Below the pieces are notes generated by a model. It did no database searches. It was not told where the DNA came from and saw only the letters and a program-made list of their open reading frames with translations. Source: Candidatus Limenecus sp. (GTDB lineage Bacteria > Cyanobacteriota > Vampirovibrionia > Gastranaerophilales > Gastranaerophilaceae). Taken from it: 55,761 bases of DNA. The position numbers and the translations under genes are program-made. Location of the stretch: the NCBI GenBank assembly GCA_045531805.1, contig JAZSES010000224.1:1-55761 (forward strand), given 5' to 3'. This document shows, one piece after another, positions 54,287 through 55,761 of this stretch (within the stretch, counting starts at the first letter, position 1; every line of letters begins with the position of its first letter).

Positions 54287-54671
54287 TATTTGTTGCTCCT
54301 GAACTATTATTCCAATTTGTACCACGTTTACCTGGCTTAGCTACTTCGTATTTAACTCTATCTTTGCCTAAAGTTAAATTAACAATACTAAATGCCCTTT
54401 CACCTGGCATGAATACTTGTTTTCTATCTGTTGTATTAACAACAAATGCATGTATAATACCTTCATATCCAGTATCAATTGCTACAGGAATAGGGAATAT
54501 ACCTTTCTTTGCAGTAGAACTTCTAGCTAATAAGAATGCTACTTCATTAGGACCTGGCGTATATTTACATGGTAATACAACGGTTTGATAGCCAGGGTTA
54601 ATTTCAAGTATATCATCTAATACAATATCTACTGCTGCATCGTCTGCATAACCTTTTATGAACTTATCCAT
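54276..54671 (-). CDS. dut: dUTP diphosphatase (trimeric dUTPase family)
   Basis: 131 aa. Motifs in order: DDAAVDI, LLARSSTAKKG, VAIDTGYEGII and a C-terminal KRGTNWNNSSG. Confidence 0.8.
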   Translation of the reverse strand: MDKFIKGYADDAAVDIVLDDILEINPGYQTVVLPCKYTPGPNEVAFLLARSSTAKKGIFPIPVAIDTGYEGIIHAFVVNTTDRKQVFMPGERAFSIVNLTLGKDRVKYEVAKPGKRGTNWNNSSGATNNGK

Positions 54672-55362
54672 CTACTTCTCCTTTATCAAATTTTACTCCG
54701 CAACAGAAACTACCTTCTGGACATACACCATTAGCACATTTTGGTAATGCTTTAGATACCCAAACAGGATTTATGTCTCTAATCGCTTTATATATTAACT
54801 TACAAATGTGTTGTACTTCTTTTGTGTTTCTATGACACAATCTTGTTGACAATATATAATTCCAATCGTCAATATTAGCGTGCATTATAAAGGCTTTTCT
54901 TAAACCTTGTGGCAGTAAGTAACCAACTAAATCTTTATCCGCTTTTTCAACTTCAATAAGATTTGTGTACCAACCTTGAACGGCATTATATGCTGCTCTC
55001 ATTTTATTTTGTTGCATCTCAGTTAAATCTGGTGGCATAACAAAATTATCTTCTCGACCTTCATACGAGCTGTACTGTGTCGAAGTACTTATACATGTGG
55101 CTCGTTTTGCATGAGTTCTTAATTGTGTTAAAGCTTTAGTACTCAATCCAGTAATCGCAATTGTTATTGTACACATTCGTTGTATTGTTGTATGTGGCAA
55201 TTTTATTAAACGTTCACTAGGTACTTTGTTAATAGAGCTTTCATACAAATCTTCTAAATCTTTCATAGAACTTATTTGATGTCCTCGCTGTGTTAACTTA
55301 GCCAAGAATAATGGCATACCATTGAGATTGTGACCTAAAATCTTTACTTCAATTTTATCCAT
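54664..55362 (-). CDS. thyX: ThyX-fold (flavin-dependent thymidylate synthase family) protein with atypical signature
   Basis: 232 aa. Overall ThyX-like order: N-terminal IEVKILGH, then ITIAITGLS, then the C-terminal block NIDDWNYILSTRLCHRNTKEVQ. Where RHRxxSxxxxSxRY is expected, the sequence reads RTHAKRATCISTSTQY. AAGGAGG RBS. Confidence 0.65.
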   Translation of the reverse strand: MDKIEVKILGHNLNGMPLFLAKLTQRGHQISSMKDLEDLYESSINKVPSERLIKLPHTTIQRMCTITIAITGLSTKALTQLRTHAKRATCISTSTQYSSYEGREDNFVMPPDLTEMQQNKMRAAYNAVQGWYTNLIEVEKADKDLVGYLLPQGLRKAFIMHANIDDWNYILSTRLCHRNTKEVQHICKLIYKAIRDINPVWVSKALPKCANGVCPEGSFCCGVKFDKGEVDG

Positions 55363-55418
55363 ACTTCCTCCTTTTAAGTTAATATAGTTTATAATAGACG
55401 TAAGTAAATATTTATTTC

Positions 55419-55445
55419 GTCTATATTATATTATATTCCTAAAAG
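55419..55445 (-). promoter_or_regulatory. promoter-like box GGAATATAATATAATATAGACG (minus strand) upstream of thyX-dut block
   Basis: Two overlapping TATAAT hexamers. The inverted repeat ATAGACG (55394-55400) / CGTCTAT (55418-55424) lies immediately downstream. A second TGATATAAT extended -10-like element lies about 60 nt further upstream on the minus strand. Confidence 0.45.
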
Positions 55446-55761
55446 TTTAATTTATTTCACTATTTTTTAATTTATTTTTTCTAATTTGACTATTATATCA
55501 TTTTGAATATCGCCTGTCAAGGCTTTTTTAACTTTTGAGAAACATTTGGTTCATTTATTGTCCATTTATGCTCCTTTGTGTGTCATACTTTGTACACATT
55601 TCAATTACTTTTCTTTAACACGCTTCGCTATTCCGCCTTTTTTTGCCGTTTTTCCTTGTCACGAAAAACAAAAAATATTGTACACCTTTTTTTGAGTTAT
55701 TTTGTAAACCTGAGTTGATTGAAGAAGCTTGGTACGCATGGTATGATAAATATGAAAAATA

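Noticed and set aside
1-55761. Stop-codon reassignment or an alternative genetic code, considered because of the odd tRNA-like genes.
   Set aside because: All large genes, including the 8.4-kb ORF, are open under the standard bacterial code with normal stops and tight packing. There is no sign of in-frame TAG or TGA recoding.
1-55761. A lysogeny module, CRISPR array, transposase/IS element or homing endonuclease.
   Set aside because: I recognised no tyrosine or serine recombinase, CI/Cro-like pair, repeat-spacer array, terminal inverted repeats with a transposase, or HNH/GIY-YIG/LAGLIDADG motif while reading the ORF translations. Absence by eye is not proof.
55725-55761. A short plus-strand open frame at the window edge (TTG ATT GAA GAA GCT TGG TAC GCA TGG TAT GAT AAA TAT GAA AAA ...).
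   Set aside because: It has only a TTG start, no RBS, and is truncated by the window end. If the ends are joined it would stop immediately (…AAA TAA). There is not enough evidence for a gene.

Overview
This AT-rich 55.8-kb window reads as an essentially complete genome of a tailed dsDNA phage. The host looks like a low-GC Gram-positive type: an AGGAGG-type RBS precedes almost every start and many genes are TAATG-coupled. I recognised no integrase or CI-like repressor by eye, so the phage is probably virulent. Layout: minus-strand early and DNA-metabolism genes lie at 59-13259 and 44424-55362, and would be contiguous on a circular or permuted molecule. A plus-strand late/virion arm spans 13687-44213. 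The divergent control region is 13260-13686 and the convergent terminator zone is 44214-44423. Early-arm products recognised from motifs: a sigma-70 family factor, SHMT, ATP-dependent DNA ligase, dNMP/thymidylate kinase, a CDA-fold deaminase, family-B DNA polymerase and a prim-pol/SF3 primase-helicase. The same arm also carries an SNF2 helicase, a VRR-NUC nuclease, a DUF2815-type SSB, a DUF2800/Cas4-like nuclease, dUTPase and a ThyX-fold protein. Late-arm products: small and large terminase, portal, a tail-fibre-like protein, a small radical-SAM enzyme and a poly-glycine protein. These are followed by scaffold-like and major-capsid-like proteins, an Asp-box-containing 963-aa protein and a 2785-aa giant ORF. 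About half of the ORFs are hypothetical. No CRISPR array, rRNA or transposase was seen. The most interesting items are: (1) an orphan radical-SAM gene coupled to a poly-Gly virion protein; (2) the giant ORF with an HExxH motif plus an ART-like module, a polyvalent-effector candidate; (3) a ThyX-fold protein with a degenerate catalytic signature inside a phage-encoded SHMT/deaminase/dUTPase/kinase chain; (4) two tRNA-like genes that have perfect acceptor and T arms but do not fold into a cloverleaf by eye; (5) repeat-structured noncoding islands that are candidate pac and ori sites; (6) a conserved TATAATATA-type promoter box with an inverted repeat just downstream. All functional calls rest on motif reading by eye, with no database search.
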